Positions 8,235 to 24,218 are shown, numbered from the stretch's first letter. The stretch is DNA of 64,000 nt from Capsulimonadaceae bacterium (GCA_965249515.1 OZ252240.1:4150693-4214692), one strand, 5' to 3'. Made by a program: numbers and translations. Notes: a model not told the origin generated them from the letters alone.

Positions 8235-11200
8235 CTACAGCACAGACGGGTCTGCGCCGATAAAGCCGCGCTGGGTTTCGAGATACTCCGGTCCCTCGAT
8301 CCGCTCGCAGTGTGCCTGCGCCTGCTGCAGGCGGGCAGTGACTTTGCGGCGCAGGGCGGGGGTGACCTGGCCCGGGTCGTCCAGAAATTCGCGCAGGGTG
8401 CGAAGATGGCGCTTCCAGAGCCGCAGATCCAGAGTCTGCTGCGCTTGCAGACGCTCCCGGTACCAGTCACTCTTCAGGAGCGCGTCCGGCGTGAACAGAG
8501 CCCGGACTTCCGGGTCGGCCGCCGCTCGGCCCTCATAGCTTCCGGTGTGCATGATATGCAGCAATGCTTTCAGCGGGAGACAGGCGAGGGCGATACTGCC
8601 GTCCTCGAAATAGTTGGCGGCGATCTTTTGCTGGGTTGTGACGATGTTGTCGATGCCGTCCACGAACGATGCCATGTCCTGCCTTTCCGGGCGCAGCATC
8701 TCGGGCGTGAATACATCGTTTGGATTGTCAAAGACGATGCCGAAGAACGTGCGGACAAAATCGGCGGTGATCCGGTACCCAAGCCGGCTGGCAGCGACCG
8801 TTTTGCCGTCGTACTCGAAATCGTCTAACTTCTCCAAATAACTGTGCGCGATCAGGTACGATGGGTCACGCTCGGCGACCTCCATCCGGGACCAGATTTC
8901 GGGGATCAGCAGGCTGACATCGTGGTCCACCCGGAAGCTTGGCCCGACAAAGCCTGCGGCGGTCGAGAACGCCTCCGCGCCCGTGAGAATATGCGACACG
9001 AGCGCGTTGTTCAGGTCAATAATCGGCAGCAGCGCGTTGAAAGGGCCTTTGGTCAGCGCCCCCTCAGACCCGGTGCCGGTGGTAGACGGCGATTTCCCGG
9101 TCAGTGAGCTGATCAGCTCCATGAACAGCTCGGGTGTTTCCTGGTAATGGATCGGGTTGCAGACCGCAAGCGACCGAATCCCCGGCTCCGGCGGATTCAG
9201 GCGTCGTCCGGGCAGCACGGCATTGACGGGCGTTGGGACCGATTGGCCGAGCGGAATCTGGCGGTACAGCCGCATTCCTATTTCAGACAGGTAGCTCGGC
9301 TTTTCGTCTATTAAATCGGCCCGGACTTGCAGGTAGCGCGGGTTTTTGGTCGGCTTGCCGTCCACAATGCGTGGGTGAGCCGACGACACAAAGTAGCCGG
9401 GCGTCTCGGCGGCCCGGCGGATCACTTCCTGCATCGGTTCAGTCCACTCGCTCAATGTAATCGCCGACGCCAGCAGCTTTTGTGCATCCGCCTGGGTCAG
9501 CGGCGCATAGTTTGAGAAAAAGTTGTTGTCTCGTGCAAAATGGGCCTCGGTCAGCGTGTCGTAGCCCCGATGAATGGCCTCGTCAGGCCGCTGGAACAAG
9601 CGCCGCTCGGTATTCTCGACCACTTTATAGCTGGCAGGGCCGGCGTACTTGGGGTTGACACCGGGCAAGTCGTCCGCCGGGACAACCATCGAGACGGTGA
9701 TGTCGTCTTCCTCTTGCAGCTTGTCCGCGGGCACGAAATCGTTGCGAAGGGAGAAGATGCGCCAGTTGCCGTCCTCGGTAAACCCGACACGGGCATAATG
9801 CGCGACCAGCTTTTCGCCCTTGAACCGAAGCTCGTTGCCGGGACGGCCATTGACCACGTCCACACTGAACGACTCGCGCCAGTTGTTTCCCATCTCGGGC
9901 TGATAGAAGCGCTTGACCAGATAGGCCAGCTCACGAATCGGGTGGGGGATAGACTCCAGCCAGGCGTTGTACCCATCGGTGTAGAGCGTATTCGACGGCG
10001 TCAGCAGCTTGATGACCGAGCCGAGCGAGCGCTCGGGGCTGAGAATCGGGCGGCTCCCTTCGGCAGCGCGACGCTGAAACCGATCCGAATAGTCATGGGT
10101 CAGCAGCGCTTCGACGGCGTCCATGTCGTGCGCGAAGTCCGCGACAAAGAATGGGGCGTGCATGATTGAGTCCGAGATGGACTTCGAGATCTCCGACTTG
10201 CCGCCGCCCGACACTGTGGACGGCTTATGGCACAAGGTGCCCTCGGCGGTCGTGCCGATGAGCCGCCACTGCCCTGAGCCGGCCTCTTTTTCCAGCCGTA
10301 CTTTGTAGCCTGCCGGGACAATGTAGGTGACTGCCGGATCGAGCGGCAGCGTGTGCCGGCCGCTGAGATTGCGCCAAGTAACGGTCTGCGTGTTCAAGTT
10401 GATCTCGACATTTTCGGGGACATAGTAGAGCGACGGGTACGCTTTGTCAACCGCATAGCCTTCGCTTTGAACATCAATTCGGTCGCCAAGCTGCTGCTTG
10501 ACCCCTTCAAACGTGTGCGCGGTCTTCGGCAGATGCACGGCGACGCTGAACACTTTGCCGAGGTCATACTGCGGGTGGACCAGCGCCCCGCCGGCGTGCT
10601 CTTCTTCCACCAGCCCCATCAAATTGGCGGCGTAGTTGATCTGTGTCTTGATCTCTTTTTTGCAGTAGCCGTAGTAATTGTCCGCGATGACCGTGACCAT
10701 GACCCCCGACAAATCCCGTGCGGTGACTTTGAACGCATCGCCGTCGTTGTAGCATTCGTCCGGCGAGACCCAGCACATCCGGTCGCGCTTCTGCCGGTCG
10801 GTGGCGTCGTCGAAGTGCGGCAGGCCAAGCGCTTTCTTGGAGAGAGTAATCAGATGCGGCGCGAGAATCACATAGCCGGTGTGCCCGGTCCAGCCTTCGG
10901 GGTCCATCCCGGCGTCGTTTTCCGGCAAGTGTGGGTCGCCGGCGATGCCGAAAATACGCTCCAAAAAGTCGAGATTGCTGACCAGATTGCCCGGCACCAA
11001 ATACCGAAGCTCCATCGTCTTGCGCGTTGTCACCTCCGGCACATCCGGCACGACCGCCGCGCGGACCAGCAGCGAGACAAATGTTTCCACGGGCCGCGCA
11101 CCGTGCGCGGTGAACGGCAGGGTCAGCAGCGAGCGCGGGGGCGCAAGCGCGGCGCGGAGCAGGCCGGCGTAGGCGATCTTCGGCACCGCGACCTTGTCCG

Positions 11201-11657
11201 ATGGCACGGGAGCGCCGCCTTCGGCGATATGGAAGACGCCTTGAGTGGTGCGCCGGTCGCTTTTCGGGTTGTGCAGCACGCCCTGCCCGTGGCCTAAACG
11301 ATACGAGCTGACAATATCGGACTCAAAGAAGTCGCCTTTTTCGGGAAGGGACAGCTCGCGGGCCATGCCGGGCCGGTCCAGCACAAAGCTCTCGCCGAGG
11401 CCCGGCAGGGTAATCGGCGTGTCAAGCGCGAGGTCCGCCAAATAGCCGTCCAAGAACGCCTGTGCCCGCTTGTCGCTCGGACACTGCTGCCTGAACGACA
11501 GCCGGACCCGCTCTTTGAGGTGCGCGACGACTTCATGAGGGATAGTCAAACGCCCGATCAGATCGTCCGAAACCGCGTCGTCGCCGGCGACCATCAGCTT
11601 CAGCTTGATATAATCAACGAGTTCTTGATTGATCGGTGTTGTGTTGGTTGGTGTCAT
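8235..11657 (-). CDS. large conserved protein, 1140 aa; tentative PPi-dependent phosphoenolpyruvate carboxykinase
   Basis: Uninterrupted 3.4-kb ORF. P-loop-like [15 protein letters not shown]. Size matches the roughly 130-kDa PPi-PEPCK family. The family assignment is from memory only. Confidence 0.45.
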   Translation of the reverse strand: MTPTNTTPINQELVDYIKLKLMVAGDDAVSDDLIGRLTIPHEVVAHLKERVRLSFRQQCPSDKRAQAFLDGYLADLALDTPITLPGLGESFVLDRPGMARELSLPEKGDFFESDIVSSYRLGHGQGVLHNPKSDRRTTQGVFHIAEGGAPVPSDKVAVPKIAYAGLLRAALAPPRSLLTLPFTAHGARPVETFVSLLVRAAVVPDVPEVTTRKTMELRYLVPGNLVSNLDFLERIFGIAGDPHLPENDAGMDPEGWTGHTGYVILAPHLITLSKKALGLPHFDDATDRQKRDRMCWVSPDECYNDGDAFKVTARDLSGVMVTVIADNYYGYCKKEIKTQINYAANLMGLVEEEHAGGALVHPQYDLGKVFSVAVHLPKTAHTFEGVKQQLGDRIDVQSEGYAVDKAYPSLYYVPENVEINLNTQTVTWRNLSGRHTLPLDPAVTYIVPAGYKVRLEKEAGSGQWRLIGTTAEGTLCHKPSTVSGGGKSEISKSISDSIMHAPFFVADFAHDMDAVEALLTHDYSDRFQRRAAEGSRPILSPERSLGSVIKLLTPSNTLYTDGYNAWLESIPHPIRELAYLVKRFYQPEMGNNWRESFSVDVVNGRPGNELRFKGEKLVAHYARVGFTEDGNWRIFSLRNDFVPADKLQEEDDITVSMVVPADDLPGVNPKYAGPASYKVVENTERRLFQRPDEAIHRGYDTLTEAHFARDNNFFSNYAPLTQADAQKLLASAITLSEWTEPMQEVIRRAAETPGYFVSSAHPRIVDGKPTKNPRYLQVRADLIDEKPSYLSEIGMRLYRQIPLGQSVPTPVNAVLPGRRLNPPEPGIRSLAVCNPIHYQETPELFMELISSLTGKSPSTTGTGSEGALTKGPFNALLPIIDLNNALVSHILTGAEAFSTAAGFVGPSFRVDHDVSLLIPEIWSRMEVAERDPSYLIAHSYLEKLDDFEYDGKTVAASRLGYRITADFVRTFFGIVFDNPNDVFTPEMLRPERQDMASFVDGIDNIVTTQQKIAANYFEDGSIALACLPLKALLHIMHTGSYEGRAAADPEVRALFTPDALLKSDWYRERLQAQQTLDLRLWKRHLRTLREFLDDPGQVTPALRRKVTARLQQAQAHCERIEGPEYLETQRGFIGADPSVL

Positions 11658-11673
11658 AAGTGTTCCAAAGAAA

Positions 11674-11719
11674 TGCCCCGGAAGGAACCTCACCTATCAG
11701 TGAGATACTTTCCGGGGCA
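11674..11719 (-). terminator. hairpin or terminator candidate
   Basis: TGCCCCGGAA ... TTCCGGGGCA 10-bp stem with an inner CTCAC/GTGAG stem. T-rich tract on the minus strand. Confidence 0.4.
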
Positions 11720-11744
11720 GCATTGCCTCAGCGAAAAAACGAAT

Positions 11745-12053
11745 TCAACGACGAATAAGAACAGAGCTTGGCGGGCGCTCGGACTCCAGCGCGGACAGCC
11801 GCTGCTGCAACTGCTGAATGGTCTTTTCGGATGCCATCGCCGATTCGTAAGCCGTGTTTTGTGCGTCTTGCAGCCGCAACCGCAGGACCTCGATCTCGGA
11901 CAGCTTTCGGTCCCGCCAAGAAGCTCGCGAGAACATCCGGGCGACGCCCCAAGCGGCCCCGCCCAGCCCGAGCAGCAGCAGGACAACCAGCGCGATGCCG
12001 ATGACGCCGACCAGCAGCAGAAACTCAGCCAGCGAAACGAGAAGATGTTCCAT
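11745..12053 (-). CDS. small membrane-anchored coiled-coil protein
   Basis: Start at MEHLLVSL. N-terminal TM segment LLLVGVIGIALVVLLLLGLGG, then a heptad-like helical tail. Confidence 0.5.
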   Translation of the reverse strand: MEHLLVSLAEFLLLVGVIGIALVVLLLLGLGGAAWGVARMFSRASWRDRKLSEIEVLRLRLQDAQNTAYESAMASEKTIQQLQQRLSALESERPPSSVLIRR

Positions 12054-12098
12054 GAGAGTCGGCTCCCCGAGAAAATGGCACCAAGAGTGCCCAACAAA

Positions 12099-12219
12099 AA
12101 CCTCACCCAAGCCCTCTCCTTAAGCAAGGAGAGGGAGCCAGATTTAAGACAAAGAATGCGTTTCTCCTAACCCTCTCCTTTGCTAAGGAGAGGGTGGCAA
12201 CTTGTTGCCGGGTGAGGTT
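12099..12219. repeat. composite palindromic element, family A (CCTCACCC ... CCCTCTCC hairpins)
   Basis: Outer arms AACCTCACCC (12099-12108) and GGGTGAGGTT (12210-12219). Inner hairpins at 12112-12135 and 12171-12194 (CCCTCTCCTTAAGCAAGGAGAGGG-like). Confidence 0.85.
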
Positions 12220-12263
12220 CCTCGTCTGGGGGTCTTATGAGCGCCTCTGAGGCGAAGAAAAGC

Positions 12264-13748
12264 TCATGGCAGTGTCGTCTCGCCCATCAAGTAGCGGTCG
12301 CACTCGCGGGCCGCGCCCCGGCCCTCGTTGAAGGCCCAGACCACGAGGCTCTGGCCGCGCCGGGCATCACCCGCCGCGAAAACGCCGGGGATCGAAGTCG
12401 CATACTCGCCGTACTCCGCCTGCACATTGGAGCGATCGTCGCAGGCAACCCCAAGCTGCTTGAGCAGCGCGTCTTCCGGCCCGAGAAAGCCCATCGCCAG
12501 CAGGACCAGTTGTGCAGGGCTGATTTTTTCGGTGCCGGGGACTTCCACCGGCACGAAGCGCCCATTCTCGTCATGCTGCCAGTCAATCTCGACTGTGTGA
12601 ACCTCTTTGACATGCCCATCGGCGTCGCCGACAAACTTCTTCGCAGTCGTGCAGTAAACGCGCGGGTCGGAGCCGAAGACTGCCAGCGCTTCTTCCTGCC
12701 CGTAGTCCAGCCGGTAGACTTTCGGCCACTGCGGCCACGGGTTATTCGCAGCGCGGGTCATCGGCGGCTTCGGCAGGATTTCTAATTGAACCAGCGAGTG
12801 GCAGCCGTGGCGCATCGAAGTCCCGACACAGTCCGTGCCGGTGTCGCCGCCGCCGATGACGACCACATCTTTGCCTTCTGCCGAGATGAAGTTCTTGTTT
12901 GGCTCGCCGTCAAGCACATTTTGGGTATTGGCCGTCAGGAAGTCCATCGCAAAGTGGATGCCGTGCAGGTCGCCGCCTTCGATCTCCGACAGGCCGCGCG
13001 GCTTGGTCGCGCCGGTCGCCAGCACGACGGCATCGAACTCTTTCAAGAGCAGGTCGGCGGCGTAGTCCTTGCCGACTTCGGTATTGGTTAAAAACGCAAT
13101 CCCTTCCGATTCCATCAGCTTGACCCGGCGATCTACCAGCTCCTTGCCGAGCTTCATGTTCGGGATACCGTAGGTCAGCAGGCCACCGACACGGTCGCCG
13201 CGCTCGAAGACCGTGACGAGATGCCCCGCTTTGTTGAGCTGGGCGGCGGCGCACAAGCCCGCCGGCCCGGAGCCGATCACCGCGACCCGCTTGCCGGTGC
13301 GCTTTGCGGGCGGCTCGGCGACTACCCAGCCCTCTTCGAAGCCTTTGTCAATAATCGCGCACTCGATATTTTTGATTGTCACCGCCGGGCCGCTGATGCC
13401 GAGGACGCAGGCTCCTTCGCAGGGCGCGGGGCAGACCCGGCCCGTGAACTCCGGGAAGTTGTTGGTCTTATGCAGCCGGTCCAGCGCCTCGCGCCATAGT
13501 CCCCGGTAAACCAAGTCGTTCCATTCGGGAATCAGGTTGTTGATCGGGCAGCCCGACGCCATGCCGTTCAGGGTGGTGCCGGTGTGGCAGAACGGAATGC
13601 CGCAGTCCATGCACCGTGCGCCCTGCTCGCGCAGCTTATGCTCGGCGAGATGCAGGTGGAACTCTTTCCAGTCCTTGATTCGCTCGGTGGCCGTGCGGTC
13701 GAGCGGCAGCTCGCGCAGGTATTCGATAAAGCCGGTTGGTTTTCCCAT
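12264..13748 (-). CDS. gltD: glutamate synthase small subunit (NADPH)
   Basis: [13 protein letters not shown]..., Cys clusters, [17 protein letters not shown] dinucleotide fold, [15 protein letters not shown]. Confidence 0.95.
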   Translation of the reverse strand: MGKPTGFIEYLRELPLDRTATERIKDWKEFHLHLAEHKLREQGARCMDCGIPFCHTGTTLNGMASGCPINNLIPEWNDLVYRGLWREALDRLHKTNNFPEFTGRVCPAPCEGACVLGISGPAVTIKNIECAIIDKGFEEGWVVAEPPAKRTGKRVAVIGSGPAGLCAAAQLNKAGHLVTVFERGDRVGGLLTYGIPNMKLGKELVDRRVKLMESEGIAFLTNTEVGKDYAADLLLKEFDAVVLATGATKPRGLSEIEGGDLHGIHFAMDFLTANTQNVLDGEPNKNFISAEGKDVVVIGGGDTGTDCVGTSMRHGCHSLVQLEILPKPPMTRAANNPWPQWPKVYRLDYGQEEALAVFGSDPRVYCTTAKKFVGDADGHVKEVHTVEIDWQHDENGRFVPVEVPGTEKISPAQLVLLAMGFLGPEDALLKQLGVACDDRSNVQAEYGEYATSIPGVFAAGDARRGQSLVVWAFNEGRGAARECDRYLMGETTLP

Positions 13749-13772
13749 GTGTGGTTGTTTCTAAAGATAGGC

Positions 13773-13885
13773 ACCGGCACTGGAAGTGCCGGTCTACTGT
13801 CGCATCAAAGTCGCTCCGCGACTGAAGACTCTGGAGTCGCGGAGCGACTTTCATTCCAAAGTAGACCGGCACTTCCAGTGCCGGT
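13773..13885. repeat. nested palindromic element between gltB and gltD (three hairpin modules)
   Basis: 25-nt arms at 13773-13797 and 13861-13885 are mutually complementary, and each is itself a CCGGCAC/GTGCCGG hairpin. Central 16-bp stem at 13807-13822 and 13836-13851. Confidence 0.9.
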
Positions 13886-13908
13886 TCCAAATGCTTGTTT
13901 CAGTACGC

Positions 13909-18507
<4,599 letters not shown>

Positions 18508-18685
18508 TGCGGGAGCGGTTCCTCTTCTAAGTGACGGATTCGGGGTCTCAGCCTGATTGGCTCAAAGCCCGAATTGGGAGAGGATTGTAGCACAATGCAA
18601 GCCCTCCCGTCAATCGTTTTGGCGGCGCATTTTTCGGCGTCGTTGTTCGCCCGATTTATAGAGAGAATATGGGTAGAATACACGC

Positions 18686-19711
18686 ATGTTCGCCCTGATT
18701 GACCTGCCGCTTTTAGATACCTTCGCCCGCCCGCTGCGCGACCTGCGGATTTCGGTGACCGACCGCTGCAATTTCCGCTGCACCTATTGTATGCCGAAGG
18801 AGATTTTCGGGCGTGATTTTGCCTTCCTGCCCTCCAAAGAGCTTCTTTCTTTCGAGGAAATTACGCGCCTCGCCCAAATCGCCGTCAGCCTCGGCGTCGA
18901 AAAAATCCGCCTGACCGGCGGCGAGCCGCTGCTCCGCCGTGACATCGAGACGCTCGTCGGTCAGCTTGCCCGAATTGATGGCCTGCGGGACCTGACCTTG
19001 ACCACCAACGGGGCACTGCTTGTCAAAAAAGCCGCCGCGCTCAAATCTGCGGGTCTGGGCCGAGTCACCGTGAGCCTCGACTCACTCGATGACGCGGTTT
19101 TCCAAGCGATGAACGACGTTGCGTTCCCTGTTGGGCGCGTGCTCGACGGCATCGCGGCGGCGTCGGAAGTCGGCCTCGGCCCGGTCAAGATCAACATGGT
19201 CGTCAAGCGCGGCGTCAACGAAGACAGCATCGTCCCCATGGCGCGACGCTTCCACGGCACGAACTGCATCCTGCGCTTCATCGAATTCATGGATGTCGGC
19301 GCGACCAACGGCTGGCAGCTCCAAGACGTTGTTCCGGCCTCTGAGATCGTCTCGCGCATCAGCGCCGAGCTGCCTCTGGAGCCAATCCCGCCGAACTACC
19401 CCGGCGAAGTTGCGAGGCGCTTTCGCTACGCCGACGGTGGCGGCGAAATCGGCGTGATCACATCCGTGACCCAGCCCTTCTGCGGCGACTGCTCCCGCGC
19501 CCGCCTGTCTGCCGAAGGCAAGCTCTACACCTGCCTCTTCGGGTCGGACGGCTTCGACTTCCGCGCCCTGCTGCGCGGCGGCGCATCTGACCGCGAGATT
19601 GCCAATGCCCTGCGCGGCGTCTGGTCGAAGCGCAGCGACCGCTACTCCGAAATCCGCACGGAAGAAACCGCCCACCGCCCCAAAGTCGAGATGTCGCATA
19701 TCGGGGGCTAA
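18686..19711 (+). CDS. moaA: GTP 3',8-cyclase (molybdenum cofactor biosynthesis protein A)
   Basis: Radical-SAM [11 protein letters not shown]-terminal [20 protein letters not shown] cluster motif. Confidence 0.95.
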   Translation: MFALIDLPLLDTFARPLRDLRISVTDRCNFRCTYCMPKEIFGRDFAFLPSKELLSFEEITRLAQIAVSLGVEKIRLTGGEPLLRRDIETLVGQLARIDGLRDLTLTTNGALLVKKAAALKSAGLGRVTVSLDSLDDAVFQAMNDVAFPVGRVLDGIAAASEVGLGPVKINMVVKRGVNEDSIVPMARRFHGTNCILRFIEFMDVGATNGWQLQDVVPASEIVSRISAELPLEPIPPNYPGEVARRFRYADGGGEIGVITSVTQPFCGDCSRARLSAEGKLYTCLFGSDGFDFRALLRGGASDREIANALRGVWSKRSDRYSEIRTEETAHRPKVEMSHIGG

Positions 19712-19726
19712 GAAAGGCGTGTAACC

Positions 19727-20020
19727 ATGAGTGTTGGCTTGGCTTCCGTGGTCGGCTTTCTGCTTGGAGGTGGGTTTGGGGTTGTTCTTTACTGTGTGGT
19801 CTTCATTTTTACGGATGCAATAGGCGCTGCCTCAAAGGCTTGGGACATCGAGGAAAGCTACATCTTCGTCTCTACGACTTTCATCTGTGCAGTAGCAGGC
19901 TGTGGCCTCGCAGTCTGGCTCGCTCAAGTGTACGAAAGAAGATCAACCGCCGCGGTGCAGCTTGTACCGTCGGTTTCCGAAGTTGGGACGGATGTATGGC
20001 CGCCAGCTCCGAGGGAATGA
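19727..20020 (+). CDS. small hypothetical membrane protein (2 TM)
   Basis: Two hydrophobic segments. No family recognised. Confidence 0.45.
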   Translation: MSVGLASVVGFLLGGGFGVVLYCVVFIFTDAIGAASKAWDIEESYIFVSTTFICAVAGCGLAVWLAQVYERRSTAAVQLVPSVSEVGTDVWPPAPRE

Positions 20021-20052
20021 AATTACCCTGCCCTGAACGGCATGGCTTTAAA

Positions 20053-20148
20053 AGTGCAAGCTCCCGCCTGCGCGGGCGAAGAACGGATACATATTCTGCC
20101 CGCGCAGGCGGGGATTTGCACTTCAAAGCACGGGGGTTCAGCCCCGTG
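20053..20148. repeat. palindromic element, family B (25-nt imperfect arms plus an adjacent hairpin)
   Basis: AGTGCAAGCTCCCGCCTGCGCGGGC (20053-20077) pairs with GCCCGCGCAGGCGGGGATTTGCACT (20098-20122). CACGGGG...CCCCGTG hairpin at 20129-20148. Confidence 0.85.
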
Positions 20149-20161
20149 AAATCCGTTATCT

Positions 20162-21559
20162 ATGTTAGCCACCGATAACAACCAAGCACATCTGCGCCAT
20201 CTGCCTAAAGTCCAAACGCTGCTGGAAAGCCAGCACGCGCAGGCGCTCTTAGCCGACACGCCGCGCTCCGTAGTCGTGAATGCCGTTCGGGTGGAGGTGG
20301 GTGCGCTCCGGCAACGTGTCCTCGCGGGCGATGCGACGCCGCCGTTTTTGGATGCCGACATCTTTGCGGCTGTTTCGGCGCGTTTGCAAGCCCAAGACCT
20401 GCGGCGATTGCAGCGGGTCGTGAACGCCACAGGAATTGTCATTCACACGAATATGGGACGTGCGCCGATGGCGGACGCGGCGGTTGAGGCCGTGGTGGCG
20501 GTCGCCGGAAACTATTCCAATCTGGAACTCGATCTCGCGACAGGGAAGCGCGGCGGGCGCGGCGGGCAGATCGAAGAATTATTGCAGGCGCTGACCGGGG
20601 CGGAAGCAGCAGTGATTGTCAACAACAACGCGGCGGCTGTGCTGCTGGCGCTGTCGGCGGTGGCATCGGGCGGGGAAGTGGTCATCTCGCGGGGCGAGCT
20701 GGTCGAGATTGGCGGCGGCTTCCGGGTGCCCGACGTGATTGTGCAATGCGGTGGGACACTGGTGGAAGTCGGAACGACCAACAAGACCCGCTTGAGCGAC
20801 TATGCCTCGGCAGTGACGGCAGACACCAAAGTCTTGCTGAAAGTCCATGCGTCCAACTATAAAATCATTGGGTTCACGTCCGAGACATCGGTCTCGGAGC
20901 TGGCCGCACTCGGCAGGGAGCGTGGGCTGCTGACAATGGTGGATCTCGGCAGCGGGGCATTGGTGGACTTATCCCGCTACGGCCTGCCGCCGGAGCCGAC
21001 TGCCGCCGAGATGCTGAAAGCCGGCGCAGACGTCGTCATGGTCAGTGGGGACAAGCTGCTCGGCGGGCCGCAATGCGGGATTATTCTCGGCAAGTCGGAG
21101 CCTATTCACCGCATGGCGGCGCACCCGCTGTTCCGGGCGCTGCGGGCCGACAAGATGACCCTGGCGGCGCTGGAAGCCACCCTGCGGGTCTATTTAGATG
21201 AGGACCGATTGACCGAAACAGTGCCGGTGCTGGGGATGCTGGCGCAGACTAAAGAAATGCTGACCAAGCGGGCGCGGCGTCTGCGGAATGCCCTCGCGAA
21301 GCTGCCGGGGGTCACGGCGAAGCTCGCCGATGGGGTGGGGTACACCGGCGGCGGGGCATTGCCGATGGTCCCGCTGCCGACGACCCTGGTTCAGCTCACC
21401 GCCGAGGGGATCAGTGCCGAGCGCCTCGCCGCCGCCCTGCGCCGGGCCGACCCGCCGGTGGTGGGAATGCTGGCGGACGGCGCTCTTGCCCTCGATGTGC
21501 GGACCGTGCGCGACGACGAGTTTGCGCTGATTGTCCAGGCAGTGAAGAGCGCTCTATGA
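20162..21559 (+). CDS. selA: L-seryl-tRNA(Sec) selenium transferase
   Basis: Colinear with E. coli SelA as recalled: NATGIVIHTNMGRA, IVNNNAAAVLLAL, SRGELVEIGGGFRVPDV, SGDKLLGGPQCGII, RADKMTLAALEATL. Confidence 0.95.
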   Translation: MLATDNNQAHLRHLPKVQTLLESQHAQALLADTPRSVVVNAVRVEVGALRQRVLAGDATPPFLDADIFAAVSARLQAQDLRRLQRVVNATGIVIHTNMGRAPMADAAVEAVVAVAGNYSNLELDLATGKRGGRGGQIEELLQALTGAEAAVIVNNNAAAVLLALSAVASGGEVVISRGELVEIGGGFRVPDVIVQCGGTLVEVGTTNKTRLSDYASAVTADTKVLLKVHASNYKIIGFTSETSVSELAALGRERGLLTMVDLGSGALVDLSRYGLPPEPTAAEMLKAGADVVMVSGDKLLGGPQCGIILGKSEPIHRMAAHPLFRALRADKMTLAALEATLRVYLDEDRLTETVPVLGMLAQTKEMLTKRARRLRNALAKLPGVTAKLADGVGYTGGGALPMVPLPTTLVQLTAEGISAERLAAALRRADPPVVGMLADGALALDVRTVRDDEFALIVQAVKSAL

Positions 21560-23457
21560 ACCATCTCACCGTTGGCGTCGCCGGGCATATTGACCACGGC
21601 AAAACTGCGCTGGTGCGGGCGCTGACCGGCACCGAGACCGACCGGCTTAAAGAAGAGCAGGAGCGCGGCATAACCATCGTGCTCGGCTTCGCGCACTTGA
21701 CCCTGCCGAGCGGCAAGATTGACTTTGTAGATGTGCCCGGTCACGAGAAGTTCGTCAAGACGATGATCGCCGGTGCGACCGGCATTGACACGGCCCTGCT
21801 GGTGATCGCCGCCAACGAGCGCGTCAAGCCGCAGACGGTGGAGCATGTCGCGCTGATGGGTTTGTTGGGCGTCAAGCGTGGGATTGTCGCCGTCACGAAA
21901 AGCGATCTCGTCGCCGATCCCGCTGCAAGGGAGCATGTTTTGGATGACCTGCGCGGGTTTCTGGCAGGGACGTTTCTCGCCGATGCGCCATTGCTGTTCG
22001 TCTCAGCACAAATGGGCGAGGGCATCGCCGCGCTGCAAGACGCCCTGACAAAGCAGCTTGACACGGCGATTGCTCCCGCAGCGCAGTCTCGCTTTTCTCT
22101 GCCGGTGGACCGCGTCTTTACGCTGACCGGGCAGGGGACCGTCGTCACAGGAACGCTGCGCTCGGGTCCGATCCGCACCGGGCAGACCGTCGAAATCCTG
22201 CCCGGCGGGCGTCTGGCCGAAGTGCGCGGTTTGCAGGTGCATGGGCAGCCTATCGCAATCGCTCATCCCGGCGGACGCACAGCGGTCAACCTGCGCGGGA
22301 TCAAGAAAGAGGACATCGCGCACGGCGACACGCTGGCGACGCCCGGCACCCTGCGCCCGACGCGCATTCTCGATGCCGACCTGACCCTGCTGGCGTCCGC
22401 CGCCAAGCCGCTGAGGCGCGGCCAATCAGTGACGCTGCACTACGGAGCCGCCGAAGTCCCCGCCCGCGTTTATCCGCTCGGTATCGCCGAAATCGCGCCT
22501 GGTGAGCGAGCGTTTGTGCAGATGCGCCTCACCGAAGATGCCGTGCTGGCATGCGGCGAGCCGTTTGTCGTCCGCCAGCCATCGCCTGCTGAAACGCTCG
22601 GCGGCGGGCGTATTACCGACCCGTACCCGCAAAAGCATACGCAGGCCGACGCCGCCCTCCTGCGCCATATCGAGACTCTGGCCTCGGGCAGTCCTGCCGA
22701 GCGCCTTCTCGCCAAGCTGTCCGAAGCCGGCCCGGCAGGCCGCGACCCGGCGCAGCTTTTGGCGGATTTGGGCCTGCCCGCCGAAGCGCTCTCGCCCGCG
22801 CTGCCGATTGCCGTTTGCTCGCCGTTGCTTGTTCTCGACCAGGCTGTCTTCGACGTGCTGACAACCCAAATCGCCGACGCCGTGACGCAGTTCCACGCCA
22901 AGCACCCGACCCGGCGCGGGCTGCCGTCAGAAGAGCTGCGCCGCAGCCTGCCACCGGCGCTCAAACCCGCCGCTTATACCGCCCTGCTCCGCGCCCTGTC
23001 CGGCACCATCGAGACAGTAGACGGCCTCGTGCGGACGCCCGGCTACTCGCCCGAAGCCGCACTCTCTTCGATTGAGCGGGAGATCGCCCGCGAAATCGAG
23101 AGCCAGTTCCGAGAAGGCGGCCTGAAGCCGCCCGAACTCGATGCCGTCCTGAAACGCGATCGCCGCCGCAAGACGCTCTACTATTATTTAGTCGAGTCTG
23201 GGGCACTGATCCCCACCACTGACCGGACCAGCAACCGCACGGTCGTGTTCCATCGAACAGCGATAGACGCGCTGGGGCCGCTTCTACAAGCGGCTTTGAC
23301 CGAAAGCGACGGCGGCGGCCTGCGCGTCTCGGAACTCAACCAAGTTCTCGGTACCACCCGTAAGTTCTCCGTGCCGCTTTTAGAATACCTTGACAGCCTC
23401 GGCCTCACCCGCCGCGATGGCGACCTGCGCTTTTGGAAGGAAGACTCTTTCCCGTAG
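21556..23457 (+). CDS. selB: selenocysteine-specific translation elongation factor
   Basis: GHIDHGKTALVRALTG, DVPGHEKF, TKSD G-domain motifs. Long winged-helix C-terminus. ATGA overlap with selA. Confidence 0.93.
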   Translation: MNHLTVGVAGHIDHGKTALVRALTGTETDRLKEEQERGITIVLGFAHLTLPSGKIDFVDVPGHEKFVKTMIAGATGIDTALLVIAANERVKPQTVEHVALMGLLGVKRGIVAVTKSDLVADPAAREHVLDDLRGFLAGTFLADAPLLFVSAQMGEGIAALQDALTKQLDTAIAPAAQSRFSLPVDRVFTLTGQGTVVTGTLRSGPIRTGQTVEILPGGRLAEVRGLQVHGQPIAIAHPGGRTAVNLRGIKKEDIAHGDTLATPGTLRPTRILDADLTLLASAAKPLRRGQSVTLHYGAAEVPARVYPLGIAEIAPGERAFVQMRLTEDAVLACGEPFVVRQPSPAETLGGGRITDPYPQKHTQADAALLRHIETLASGSPAERLLAKLSEAGPAGRDPAQLLADLGLPAEALSPALPIAVCSPLLVLDQAVFDVLTTQIADAVTQFHAKHPTRRGLPSEELRRSLPPALKPAAYTALLRALSGTIETVDGLVRTPGYSPEAALSSIEREIAREIESQFREGGLKPPELDAVLKRDRRRKTLYYYLVESGALIPTTDRTSNRTVVFHRTAIDALGPLLQAALTESDGGGLRVSELNQVLGTTRKFSVPLLEYLDSLGLTRRDGDLRFWKEDSFP

Positions 23458-23517
23458 ACCGAACCAAAACCCGTCTTGCCTGCGTTTAACCACAAAATGA
23501 ACCGCAGGAGGTATCCT

Positions 23518-24210
23518 ATGCACAGCAAACGTCGGACACGGACCACGGCAGGCTTCACACTGATTGAATTGCTCGTTGCCCTGGCGATCCTCGCCATTAT
23601 CGCCGCGATCTTGTTTCCGGTCTTCGCCGGAGTGCGCGAACGAGGCCGCCGAACGACCTGCCAGAGCAACTTAAAGCAGATTGCCCTCGCAATGCAGCAG
23701 TATGTGCAGGACAACAATGGAACTTACCCGCCCAATAGCGATTGGGGGTACGCGCCCTACTCGTATTTGAAAAACATCGCGGTATTTCGCTGCTCGGATC
23801 ACCCACCAGACGTTGTCTTTGACCAGTTCACTACGGAGCCACCGATTGTCTCCGCAAATCAGCTTAAGATATTTGAGGGAGCCACTTCTCCTACGGATTA
23901 CTCGTACAACTCCATGCGGCTGTACGTATTTCAACACGCCTCAATGCATGGAACACAAGAAATGGTGCTTGCCACCCCTTCTACAATTTGGCTGAATGTA
24001 GATGCTGCCTTCGTCTCACCAGAAGGTGAATATAGTTATGGCCGATTCGCAACTCGTACCTCCTGCGGGCGCAAGTTCGGCGGAAGCACAATTCACTCTG
24101 GCGCGGGCAATTACTCTTATGTAGATGGTCATGTGAAGTGGCTGACGCCGGAAGAGGCAGGCGAAATCGAATGCGCGAACGGGCCTCTGCCTGCGCCGTT
24201 CAAGGATTGA
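23518..24210 (+). CDS. prepilin-type N-terminal cleavage/methylation domain protein, H-X9-DG (DUF1559-like)
   Basis: GFTLIELLVALAILAIIAAILFPVF, then QSNLKQIALAMQQY. C-terminal HSGAGNYSYVDGHVKW. GGAGG upstream of the ATG at 23518. Confidence 0.85.
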   Translation: MHSKRRTRTTAGFTLIELLVALAILAIIAAILFPVFAGVRERGRRTTCQSNLKQIALAMQQYVQDNNGTYPPNSDWGYAPYSYLKNIAVFRCSDHPPDVVFDQFTTEPPIVSANQLKIFEGATSPTDYSYNSMRLYVFQHASMHGTQEMVLATPSTIWLNVDAAFVSPEGEYSYGRFATRTSCGRKFGGSTIHSGAGNYSYVDGHVKWLTPEEAGEIECANGPLPAPFKD

Positions 24211-24218
24211 CTGAGGCA

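Noticed and set aside
7602-8828. 408-aa plus-strand ORF spanning the pdxS and large-protein genes.
   Set aside because: It is antisense to two well-supported genes. It is Ser/Arg/Ala-rich low-complexity sequence.
18508-18685. Looked for a Moco riboswitch or another leader upstream of moaA. Also noted the palindrome ATTGTAGCACAAT at 18584-18596 in the gltB/moaA divergent region.
   Set aside because: I could not recognise the Moco-riboswitch conserved core by eye. The 13-bp palindrome alone is insufficient to call an operator.
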